A stretch of 34,317 nt of DNA from a virus (lineage: Duplodnaviria; Caudoviricetes), in the IMG/VR virus record IMGVR_UViG_3300029823_000006. One strand, given 5' to 3'. Positions within the stretch are counted from its first letter, which is position 1. Each line of letters begins with the position of its first letter. The translations under genes were made by a program, and so were the position numbers. The notes beneath the pieces are model-generated. The model was not told where the DNA came from and ran no database searches. It was given only the letters and a program-made list of their open reading frames with translations. Of this stretch, positions 18,309 through 26,139 are shown piece by piece.

Positions 18309-18346
18309 AGAAAAGAGCCTCAATCCTATAGATGAAGCCCTTTTCT
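18309..18346 (-). terminator. Intrinsic terminator closing the amidoligase unit
   Basis: Minus strand AGAAAAGGGCTTCA-N10-TGAGGCTCTTTTCT stem ending in a U-rich tail. Confidence 0.7.
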
Positions 18347-18365
18347 CTATCCTATTTAGATTTAG

Positions 18366-18554
18366 TTATTTCTTTTTATCCACTTCACCCGTCAGTATGA
18401 AATGGGCATATTCTGCTTTATGGTCTATTAAATAGACTACCAATTCATAAAACCCTCGTTCATTTGCCTCATACTGTACTCGGTCCACATCAAACATATT
18501 TGTGACTCCACTTTCTCGGATGGAAAGGATTTGTTGCTTAATTATCTCATTCAT
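18366..18554 (-). CDS. DUF5049-like small protein
   Basis: QIL.IR.SG.TNMFD...VQ..A...GFYELV...Y..FILTG pattern. Confidence 0.8.
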   Translation of the reverse strand: MNEIIKQQILSIRESGVTNMFDVDRVQYEANERGFYELVVYLIDHKAEYAHFILTGEVDKKK

Positions 18555-19005
18555 TGGCTACCTCCTCCGATTCTATTGAATCAATTGTAGCTTTGCGCAG
18601 AATTTCCACATCGAAGCCCGCACTCTTATAGCCTTCTAAAATTGTACTGTAATAATAACAACTCGGCTGTCCAAGCGGTCTACCATCATTCATGATGTAG
18701 ACCATCGCCTTGACGGTTTTGCTTCCCAACTTCACTTTTATTGTTTCCTTTCGATAAAGGAACGGCCATCCCTCGTAACGGTCAAGTGCCGCTTCATCGG
18801 TCGGTGTAATCTCCCAAACTAAAACTGGTACGTTGCCACCCTCAAAAGGCTCGATTGTCGCCACAGCACCCGCGTGTGCCCCTCTAAATAATAGGCGGTG
18901 GTCATTAATTTGGCTTGCTCCTACCACCTTCGCTGTGGGGCATCTGTCGGCCATTTGCTTTAGATTAAGGTTGGAGCCATAGGCAAGGTATAATTTATTC
19001 TTCAT
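18547..19005 (-). CDS. Gamma-glutamyl cyclotransferase (GGCT/AIG2-like) family protein
   Basis: Y.AYGSNL loop, QM..RCP.A and LDRYEG with the catalytic Glu. Confidence 0.9.
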   Translation of the reverse strand: MKNKLYLAYGSNLNLKQMADRCPTAKVVGASQINDHRLLFRGAHAGAVATIEPFEGGNVPVLVWEITPTDEAALDRYEGWPFLYRKETIKVKLGSKTVKAMVYIMNDGRPLGQPSCYYYSTILEGYKSAGFDVEILRKATIDSIESEEVANE

Positions 19006-19043
19006 TGTAATCCTCCTTCTTAGCTTTGTGGGTTAGGGGCAGC

Positions 19044-19943
19044 TCAGGCCGCCCGAAACCGCCATGCAGCTGAACCCGAAAGTGCTGCTGTCAAATGTTC
19101 TCTGCAGTTTGCAAATTCATCCCCAATGAAACCAATCCGGTTTAGATAGGTTCTCATGGCAAATTTCTCGTTTTCCACCTGCGGTTTCTTTGCTGATGCG
19201 CACTTTTGTGTTAAGGCTTGGTGGTTGATGGCAAGTGCTAGAACAATGTAGCTTCTTATCTTTCCTGCATAAAGTTCGCTATTGAATCCTCTAAGTTCAA
19301 CTGTATGGTTTCCGGTAAAAAAGCTGTGAAGGTTGAGGAAATGGTAGCGGCTGTTGTGGTAATGAGTGCTTCTACTCTCGCTGTAGCCCTCGTACCAAAT
19401 GTCCTCAATTTGTCTCATGGTTTTAGGCTTTTTACGGTTTATCTTCTCAACCAAAATGCTATCCATCTTTTTGCAGTAATTCATTCTCTGCGGTGCAATC
19501 TGAAGTGCTTTATAAAATAAGTCGTTTTTGCTTGCAATGATATTTACAAAGTTTCGAATGCTTCGTGGGGTATGTTCAGCACCGTCTAGATGAATGTGAA
19601 TTCCGCAAGATGTATTTGTAAAGGCTCCAGCTTTGCGAAGCTTTCTTACTAGCTCTTGCAAAGTTTCAATGTCCTCCCGGTAGGTTAGGATTGGGCTAAC
19701 CAGCTCAACACTATAATCTCTACCTGCAGCTACTTTTCTTCTACCTTCTTTTCTTTGGCAATTGATGCTCCCGTCGTACATAAACTTCCACACTCGACCA
19801 TCTGGAGTTTTTACCTTCTTGGTGTCGTAGTATGTCCCGCCTTCACTGTAAATGCCTTGCAAAAACTCTGCAGCTACTTTAGCCGCCCTTTCCCTTGTAA
19901 TCCCGGTAAATTCAATCTCAATCCCGAATTTTGCACTTAACAT
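19044..19943 (-). CDS. Amidoligase (COOH-NH2 ligase, glutamine synthetase/glutamate-cysteine ligase fold; Amidoligase_2-like)
   Basis: FGIEIE, W....DGSI, ELVSPIL, SCGIHIH, RY..LN and TVELR motifs, all intact. Confidence 0.9.
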   Translation of the reverse strand: MLSAKFGIEIEFTGITRERAAKVAAEFLQGIYSEGGTYYDTKKVKTPDGRVWKFMYDGSINCQRKEGRRKVAAGRDYSVELVSPILTYREDIETLQELVRKLRKAGAFTNTSCGIHIHLDGAEHTPRSIRNFVNIIASKNDLFYKALQIAPQRMNYCKKMDSILVEKINRKKPKTMRQIEDIWYEGYSESRSTHYHNSRYHFLNLHSFFTGNHTVELRGFNSELYAGKIRSYIVLALAINHQALTQKCASAKKPQVENEKFAMRTYLNRIGFIGDEFANCREHLTAALSGSAAWRFRAA

Positions 19944-19985
19944 CGTGTCTCGCTCCTTTTAAAGTGTGTTTGTCCTTTCGGCATG

Positions 19986-20019
19986 TACATATATCACTCT
20001 AAAAGGCTTATATAGCAAG
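19986..20019 (-). promoter_or_regulatory. Repeated promoter/operator motif, copy 2 (upstream of the amidoligase)
   Basis: Minus strand CTTGCTA-N9-TTTAGAGTGATATATGTA; the 18-bp core is identical to copy 1. Confidence 0.7.
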
Positions 20020-20078
20020 ACAATTCTGCAATATAAATCTACATATTTACTGCCATATTGGGCTTAAAATGTGTATTT

Positions 20079-20306
20079 TTATTCTTCGATTTTCTTGCAT
20101 AAATCCTCTCCAAAAACCACTCCAAGGGAACTGCCTGAATCCCAACTGACGTGGATAGTTCCCATATCATCAACACTAGTAACCGTACCTTTATCTCCTG
20201 GCTGAAGCTTGGTATAAGGGTCATTCATCTTAAGTAGCATGACACGAGTTCCTGGAGTGTAATAACTTCTAAGTTGCTTTAGCATTTCTGGATGAATGAT
20301 ATTCAT
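20079..20306 (-). CDS. DUF4314-like SH3-type small protein
   Basis: Y.PGTRV.L..M.DPY..L.PG..GTV..VDD.GTIHV.WD.GSSLG pattern. Confidence 0.85.
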   Translation of the reverse strand: MNIIHPEMLKQLRSYYTPGTRVMLLKMNDPYTKLQPGDKGTVTSVDDMGTIHVSWDSGSSLGVVFGEDLCKKIEE

Positions 20307-21094
20307 TATTCACTCACCTCCTCATGCTTGGCACTTCCGCTTTTGAAGGCAGAGCTACCCGACAGTTTGGAGAGGAGAATTTTTCGTTCTGTTTTGTATT
20401 CTGGCCCGATAAAGCCAAGTCTTAGAAGGAAACAACGGAAAGCGTACTTTTCATTCTCCACTGATTTCTCGGTCGAGTTGACGCGGGTCTGTTTCTTTGC
20501 CATTTCACAAAGTGCTGTTACAAAGTGGGTATAAGCCTTAACCTCCTCTGCGGAGCACTTACTTTTGAACCAAGGGAAGGTTATAAATTCCTCATTTACG
20601 ATAATGGGAATAGAGTCAGTATCAAGTGCTTTCTTTATAAGGTTTTCTTTACTTTCTACCAATCCTTTTAGGTTACCAAGTGCAGTTTCGCTAAAACCCT
20701 CCCTCGGCATTTGAATAATCAAACTAATAGCTTCTTCGGTTTCATTTGATTCGCTGTATACGGGAGGTTCTTCGTAATCACTATTTGGACTTACCCTACC
20801 CCCAAGAGCCGCTTCATTGGGAACTTGAATATTTTCAAGAACAGGATCTGCTGCTGGAAGTGGTGTGTCAAATTCTACTGTAACCGCCTTAAAGTCATGA
20901 AGGCCTAATAGATTATTAACCAGTTCAGAATTATCTGGTCCTCTGACTACCCCGTTTTTGTCAATGTTGTAGTCTGCCACTTCATATGCAAATGTAGGTG
21001 CTCCAAGATATCTTGCAGGAGCATTCAGTTTTTGGCTGATTGCGTTGACTAGCTCTTTTCTTTTTGCTCCTGTGACATTATAATTTATCTGCAT
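20306..21094 (-). CDS. Protein of the kind usually labelled 'virulence-related protein'; probable inactive amidoligase paralogue
   Basis: Y.GAPTFAYEV and ENEKYAFRCFLLRLGFIG motifs; the C-terminus aligns without gaps to the neighbouring amidoligase. Confidence 0.75.
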   Translation of the reverse strand: MQINYNVTGAKRKELVNAISQKLNAPARYLGAPTFAYEVADYNIDKNGVVRGPDNSELVNNLLGLHDFKAVTVEFDTPLPAADPVLENIQVPNEAALGGRVSPNSDYEEPPVYSESNETEEAISLIIQMPREGFSETALGNLKGLVESKENLIKKALDTDSIPIIVNEEFITFPWFKSKCSAEEVKAYTHFVTALCEMAKKQTRVNSTEKSVENEKYAFRCFLLRLGFIGPEYKTERKILLSKLSGSSAFKSGSAKHEEVSE

Positions 21095-21124
21095 TTTTTA
21101 TACCGCCTTTCTATTTTCGGTACA

Positions 21125-21158
21125 TACATATATCACTCTAAAGGCTGTTAATATCAAG
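21125..21158 (-). promoter_or_regulatory. Repeated promoter/operator motif, copy 1
   Basis: Minus strand CTTGATA-N9-TTTAGAGTGATATATGTA; same spacing as copy 2. Confidence 0.7.
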
Positions 21159-21195
21159 TCATTTAGAGCATCTTTCTGTAGAAAATACTCTTCCA

Positions 21196-23139
21196 TTAAT
21201 CGGCGGTATTTTCAGCAGATAACACAATACCAGTCAGCACAAAACAGACGCATGGAAGTGCTACACCATTACCCCACATTTTATACTCAGCTGAATCAGA
21301 ATGAGGGTTGTTAAGCCATTTTATAATCTGCTTTCTTGTTTTTGGCTTGCTGCTCTTACCCATGATTTTGCGGTGAGTTTCCCAAACCTCTGTCCAGAAT
21401 AAAATTTCATCCTCTGTAGGGTTTTCCGTACCGAGGTCATCACACCAATCATCAGGAAAACCTTGCAATCTTGCACATTCCGTTGGTGTAAGCCTTCGAA
21501 CTATATATTCTGGCTCATCGTTTTTCTTGACTGTAACAAGCATATCGTTTGATGCATCCTGACCGTTAAAACCACTTGGATGTGCACCTGCAGAAATCGT
21601 ACCACTGACATTCTGATAAGGTTGTGCCACAGCCGATGGACCTTGAGCATTTAATGTTGATGCAACACTGTCTTCTGTTATCCCTAAATTTCTAGCAAAA
21701 TTCTGTCCGCAGTTAAAGGTTTCACGATCAATTGCATACACAACACCATGTCTATCCACTGTATTAAGAGTGAAACTCATATTGTCATTTATACCACCGC
21801 CTTGAGGACCGTTTTTATCCTGTCTTCCAATCATCGAGCCTTGAAGAGCAACTACTGCAATACCACCTTGATTACATCCCGGATTTCCACCATTAGCATC
21901 GATGGTTCGGGAAGTATCCGCTTCATATATACCGCTATGAGGATTGCTTGACTGCATCGAGTTGCTCTTATCAGAACAGATGCCAAATGCAGTAGGCACA
22001 AAAACGGTCTGGTCATTGTTGCATCCAAGGGTCGCAGACTTATCATCTTGAATTAACGCACCTTTACCGCCACCTTCACACCCAGAACGAATTTTTAGGG
22101 TCTTTGGAGTCTCATTTAATGATACAGCCGCTGGTACGACTCCTGCCCTTAACGTTGGTGAAATTTCCTCCTCATATCCAATACTACGACTATCCGATGA
22201 ATGTTCTGTGCAGAATCCAGCAGTTGTTACAAAAGGTTGATTATTACCACCCTTCCCATATGTAGCGGATACAGTTGGTGCTACATCAACGGGGCCTTTG
22301 TATCGTGTATCTTGACTGTGGTTTTCAAACATTACACAGGGTGGATGATTTGCTTTTGCTCTAAGTGTTGCTGTCTTACCATCAAGCACATCGATGCGTT
22401 GTCCACCTTGATCGTTTAAGCATACAGTGCCTGTCTTTCCAGTGCAGTTTTTAGCATTTCCGGAAGTTCTTTGCCACGGGCTGCCGCTCGGCGTAAAATT
22501 CCTTGGCATGCCTTCGGACTCAAATAGTATTTCTGCGGCACTTCTGCCTGCAAAATCTGCGACAAGGTAGATTCTACGACGACGTTGGGGTACTCCGAAA
22601 TATTGCGCATCGATAGTTCGGTAAGCCACACTCCATCCGTCTCCCATATAGATGTCAGCGTATGCCCATCGTCCTTTTTCAGGTAAAGGCACCGAGGTGT
22701 TCGGCTCTTTGACACCGATGACCGCTTCGAGGACTGCCCTAAAATCCTCTCCTTTATTTGACGAGAATGCGCCGGGGACATTTTCCCAGACTGCATACCT
22801 TGGATATTGTCCATTGGTCTTACACCTCATTTCCTTGATAATTCTTATTGCTTCATAAAAAAGGACGGATTGTTCTCCGTCCAGACCAGCTCTTTTACCC
22901 GCCACACTCATATCTGTGCAGGGAGAGCCAAATGTTATGATGTCTACAGGTGGAAGCTCCGCACCATTTAATTTGTTTATATCCCCATAATGCTTCATCT
23001 GAGGGATGCGTTTGGTCGTAACTCTTATAGGAAACGGCTCAATTTCAGATGCCCATAAAGGCTCAATGCCACAGAGCAGACCACCTAGAGGAAAACCTCC
23101 GCTCCCATCAAAAAGGGAGCCGAGTGTCAATTTACTCAT
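21196..23139 (-). CDS. DNA (cytosine-5) methyltransferase with expanded variable region (probably multispecific)
   Basis: Motif I LFDGSGG, IV GSPC, VI WENVPG, VIII QRRRRIYLV, IX RRLTPTECARLQGFPD, X WGNGV. Confidence 0.93.
   Translation of the reverse strand: MSKLTLGSLFDGSGGFPLGGLLCGIEPLWASEIEPFPIRVTTKRIPQMKHYGDINKLNGAELPPVDIITFGSPCTDMSVAGKRAGLDGEQSVLFYEAIRIIKEMRCKTNGQYPRYAVWENVPGAFSSNKGEDFRAVLEAVIGVKEPNTSVPLPEKGRWAYADIYMGDGWSVAYRTIDAQYFGVPQRRRRIYLVADFAGRSAAEILFESEGMPRNFTPSGSPWQRTSGNAKNCTGKTGTVCLNDQGGQRIDVLDGKTATLRAKANHPPCVMFENHSQDTRYKGPVDVAPTVSATYGKGGNNQPFVTTAGFCTEHSSDSRSIGYEEEISPTLRAGVVPAAVSLNETPKTLKIRSGCEGGGKGALIQDDKSATLGCNNDQTVFVPTAFGICSDKSNSMQSSNPHSGIYEADTSRTIDANGGNPGCNQGGIAVVALQGSMIGRQDKNGPQGGGINDNMSFTLNTVDRHGVVYAIDRETFNCGQNFARNLGITEDSVASTLNAQGPSAVAQPYQNVSGTISAGAHPSGFNGQDASNDMLVTVKKNDEPEYIVRRLTPTECARLQGFPDDWCDDLGTENPTEDEILFWTEVWETHRKIMGKSSKPKTRKQIIKWLNNPHSDSAEYKMWGNGVALPCVCFVLTGIVLSAENTAD
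22416..22814 (-). CDS. Nested alternative-frame gene, putative MTase beta-type subunit
   Basis: 132 aa with its own SD GAGGTG 8 nt before the ATG. Contains STLSQILQAEVPQKYYLSPKACQGILRRA, resembling the segment that normally follows motif VIII in C5 MTases. Confidence 0.7.
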   Translation of the reverse strand: MDNIQGMQSGKMSPAHSRQIKERILGQSSKRSSVSKSRTPRCLYLKKDDGHTLTSIWETDGVWLTELSMRNISEYPNVVVESTLSQILQAEVPQKYYLSPKACQGILRRAAARGKELPEMLKTALERQALYA

Positions 23140-24373
23140 CTACATTCACCTCCGGCAGGTCACAATATCTTATTTTCGAACCATCTCTTAAAAGAAACAC
23201 ACCGTCTGAGTTTCCAACTTGCTCAATATACCTTTTCACAATAACATCACAATACTTTTCATCCAGTTCAATGGTGTAGCAGATTCTATCTGTCTGCTCA
23301 CAGGCAATCAGTGTGCTTCCTGAACCACCAAAAGGATCAAGCACGATACAATTAGAAAGGCTTGAATTCAAAATAGGGTAGGCCACAAGTGCAACTGGCT
23401 TCATCGTAGGATGATCACTGTTTTTCTTCGGTTTCTCAAATTCCCAGATGGTGGTCTGCTTTCTATCGGAATACCAGTTATGCTTGCCTTTCTTTTTCCA
23501 CCCAAAGAGAATAGGTTCATGCTGCCACTGATAAGGAGAGCGACCGAGAACAAGGGACTGCTTTTTCCAAATACAAGTACCGGAAAGATAAAATCCTGCA
23601 TCGGAGAATGCTCTTCTAAAATTGAGTCCTTCGGTATCCGCATGGAATACATAAATAGAAGCGTCCTTTGCCATCGCTGCTTCGGTGTTCTGAAATGCTG
23701 CAAGCAGGAAATCGTAGAACGCTTCGTTAGCCATATTGTCATTTTTGATTTTTCCAGCAGTGCCTTCATAGTTAACATTATATGGAGGGTCCGTAACTAC
23801 CAAATTAGCAGTTTTCCCATCCATCAAGAGATCAAAGGTGTCTTTCTTTGTACTGTCTCCGCAGACTAATCGATGCTGCCCAAGTAGCCAAATATCCCCT
23901 AAATGCGAAACAGCGGGCTTTTTCAGCTCGCTGTCTACATCGAAATCATCTTCTTTTATATTATCCTTAAGGGAATCCTTGAAAAGATCGTCCAACTCTC
24001 CTGGGTCAAAACCTGTCAAAGACACATCAAAGTCTGAAGCATTTAAGTCCGTGATGAGAAGTGCTAATTTGTCTTTATCCCAATCACCACTTATTTTATT
24101 TAGTGCAATGTTCAGCGCCTTCTCCTTTTGCTCATCCATTTCAACAACTACGCATTCTATCTCATCCATGCCCATACTCAGCAGGATTTTCAAACGCTGA
24201 TGACCTCCGATGACTCTGCCTGTGGTCTTATTCCATATTACGGGTTCTACATATCCAAACTCCTCAAGGGAGCGTTTAAGTTTCTCATATTCCGGATCAC
24301 CCGGTTTTAAATCCTTCCTTGGGTTATATTCAGCGGGGATGAGTTGTTTAGTTTTTATCTTCTCTATCAACAT
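23132..24373 (-). CDS. ParB-like N-terminal domain fused to a beta-class amino (N6-adenine/N4-cytosine) DNA methyltransferase
   Basis: ParB motifs YNPRK and GGHQRL; catalytic DPPY precedes HPTMKP and the SAM-binding LDPFGGSGST. Probable start ATG 24373. Confidence 0.92.
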   Translation of the reverse strand: MLIEKIKTKQLIPAEYNPRKDLKPGDPEYEKLKRSLEEFGYVEPVIWNKTTGRVIGGHQRLKILLSMGMDEIECVVVEMDEQKEKALNIALNKISGDWDKDKLALLITDLNASDFDVSLTGFDPGELDDLFKDSLKDNIKEDDFDVDSELKKPAVSHLGDIWLLGQHRLVCGDSTKKDTFDLLMDGKTANLVVTDPPYNVNYEGTAGKIKNDNMANEAFYDFLLAAFQNTEAAMAKDASIYVFHADTEGLNFRRAFSDAGFYLSGTCIWKKQSLVLGRSPYQWQHEPILFGWKKKGKHNWYSDRKQTTIWEFEKPKKNSDHPTMKPVALVAYPILNSSLSNCIVLDPFGGSGSTLIACEQTDRICYTIELDEKYCDVIVKRYIEQVGNSDGVFLLRDGSKIRYCDLPEVNVDE

Positions 24374-25529
24374 ACTTTTCCACCGCCTTTCTAAATTCAC
24401 TGTACTTATTTACATCCTCCCACGGGAATAGACAACTATTAAAGTGACCATAAGCCGCTGTGTCAGAGTAAATCACATTCCTTAGACGCAACTTCTCTAT
24501 GATTGCCGCAGGTCTTAAATTGAAAATCTCCTGTGCAGCAAGAGTTAATATTTCGTCAGAAACAATACCTGTGCCAAGGGTATTTACAGAAAAGGCTACA
24601 GGATTTGCCTTACCAATGGCATAGGATATACTAACTTCACATCTCTTTGCATAACCACACCAGACGATATGCTTTGCAATGTACCGAGCCATATAGGCAC
24701 CGCTTCGGTCAACCTTGGTGGGGTCTTTACCACTAAGTGCGCCACCTCCATGGGATGCAAGTCCTCCATAGGTATCAACCATAACTTTTCTACCAGTTAA
24801 GCCTGTATCGGCAGCGGGACCACCTTCGACAAATCTACCAGAGGGGTTAATGAGAATTTCTGTTTCATCATCAAATGGGAAATCCTCAAAGCACTGCCAT
24901 AGGACATTGTTAAGGATATCTGTCTTAAGTTCTTCCTGTGTTTTATTCTTATCATGCTGTACCGATATCACAATAGTCTTTATTCGCACTGGAGTGTCCC
25001 CTTCATATTCCACCGTCACCTGTGCTTTACCATCTGGGTGTATACCTTTTATCAGTTTCCCTTTTCGGCAATCATCCAGTCTCTTTACAATCCTGTGAGA
25101 TAGTACAAGGGGTAGGGGAAGCATTTCTCCCGTTTCCTTTGTAGCATAGCCATACACAGTTCCTTGGTCTCCAGCACCTATCGAACCATACTGTTCATTT
25201 ATTCCATTTCTTACTTCCAGTGCAGTATCCACGCCAGTTGCAATATCTACACTTTGTTTGTGTACAAATACATAAATCAAGAATTTAAGAGGGTTGTATC
25301 CAATCTCTTTAAGGACATTCCTAACAATGTATCGGATGTCTATTTTCTCGCTGCAGGAGATTTCGCCCGCCACGATAATTTTCCCTTTGGTTGCCATTAC
25401 CTCACAAGCGACACGTGATGCTTTGTCTTTACGTAAACATGCTTCTAAAATGCTATCTGCTATGATGTCGCATAGTTTATCAGGATGTCCGGCACATACA
25501 CTTTCAGCTGTTAAATATCTTTTACTCAT
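24348..25529 (-). CDS. metK: S-adenosylmethionine synthetase (methionine adenosyltransferase)
   Basis: ESV..GHPDK.CD, GAGDQG, DGKAQV, GGP.ADTGLTGRK, GGGALSGKDPTKVDRS and YGHF signatures. Probable start ATG 25529, after SD GAGGAG. Confidence 0.96.
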   Translation of the reverse strand: MSKRYLTAESVCAGHPDKLCDIIADSILEACLRKDKASRVACEVMATKGKIIVAGEISCSEKIDIRYIVRNVLKEIGYNPLKFLIYVFVHKQSVDIATGVDTALEVRNGINEQYGSIGAGDQGTVYGYATKETGEMLPLPLVLSHRIVKRLDDCRKGKLIKGIHPDGKAQVTVEYEGDTPVRIKTIVISVQHDKNKTQEELKTDILNNVLWQCFEDFPFDDETEILINPSGRFVEGGPAADTGLTGRKVMVDTYGGLASHGGGALSGKDPTKVDRSGAYMARYIAKHIVWCGYAKRCEVSISYAIGKANPVAFSVNTLGTGIVSDEILTLAAQEIFNLRPAAIIEKLRLRNVIYSDTAAYGHFNSCLFPWEDVNKYSEFRKAVEKYVDREDKN

Positions 25530-25546
25530 TATATATCTCCTCATCT

Positions 25547-26098
25547 TTATTTTCCTCTGCGGGCAGATAGCAGTCGCTCCATCACATCGTCCTGTGGGTT
25601 TAAACCAGAATACTCTGTAGCACAATTCTCTTTAACGATTTGATAAATCTCCATCCACAATCTGTTTGTCTGACTCATAAAGTTCTGACTCATAGCTACA
25701 TAAGGACTTTGAATAGCATTGCCGGTAGTTGGATGCTTGGCAAGAAAGCCAAACTCAGTTACCGCCTCCTCACACTGTATCCATCTGGCCGCACTCATGG
25801 CATATCGTTCTAGAAGCTGTGGGAGCACCAAATGGGCACAGCCTCGCTCCTCAAGCCATTTCCAAGTAATTTCATAAATCTCGCTGGCTACTAGGGTTTT
25901 CCCGTCCTTTTGCACCGCTGAGAGCATGGCCCTTGGCTTTGGCATTTCCTGCCCCTTTAAATCAGCGGTATTTTGGAAGTCGATAATTTCTAGCTTTCTC
26001 TTACCTGGATTACCCTGTGCAATTTTATCAGCAAGTGGTTTCTTTTTTTGACCAGAGCCTATACGGGCACCGCCACGATTTGTTCCATCTTTGGCCAT
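25547..26098 (-). CDS. terS: Terminase small subunit (P27-like)
   Basis: N-terminal RGGAR.G.G.K.KP and GNPGKR; G...QSPYV; D.MERLL near the C-terminus; lies downstream of the HNH gene. Confidence 0.85.
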   Translation of the reverse strand: MAKDGTNRGGARIGSGQKKKPLADKIAQGNPGKRKLEIIDFQNTADLKGQEMPKPRAMLSAVQKDGKTLVASEIYEITWKWLEERGCAHLVLPQLLERYAMSAARWIQCEEAVTEFGFLAKHPTTGNAIQSPYVAMSQNFMSQTNRLWMEIYQIVKENCATEYSGLNPQDDVMERLLSARRGK

Positions 26099-26139
26099 TC
26101 ACTCACCTCTTTTCGTTGATGGGTCTATTACCCTGTTTG

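Noticed and set aside
23401-23778. 125-aa same-strand alternative-frame ORF inside the adenine MTase
   Set aside because: Unlike the nested ORF at 22416-22814, it has no convincing SD and no recognisable protein motif.
21196-24373. Restriction-modification system
   Set aside because: No cognate restriction endonuclease nearby; HNH and VRR-NUC have standard packaging and replication contexts, so the MTases look like orphans.
25530-25625. 32-aa N-terminal extension of MetK in the ORF track
   Set aside because: Overlaps terS; MetK homology and a good SD begin at ATG 25529. Similar over-extended starts were trimmed for portal, terL, ParB-MTase, HNH, SNF2 and the DUF4406-like gene.
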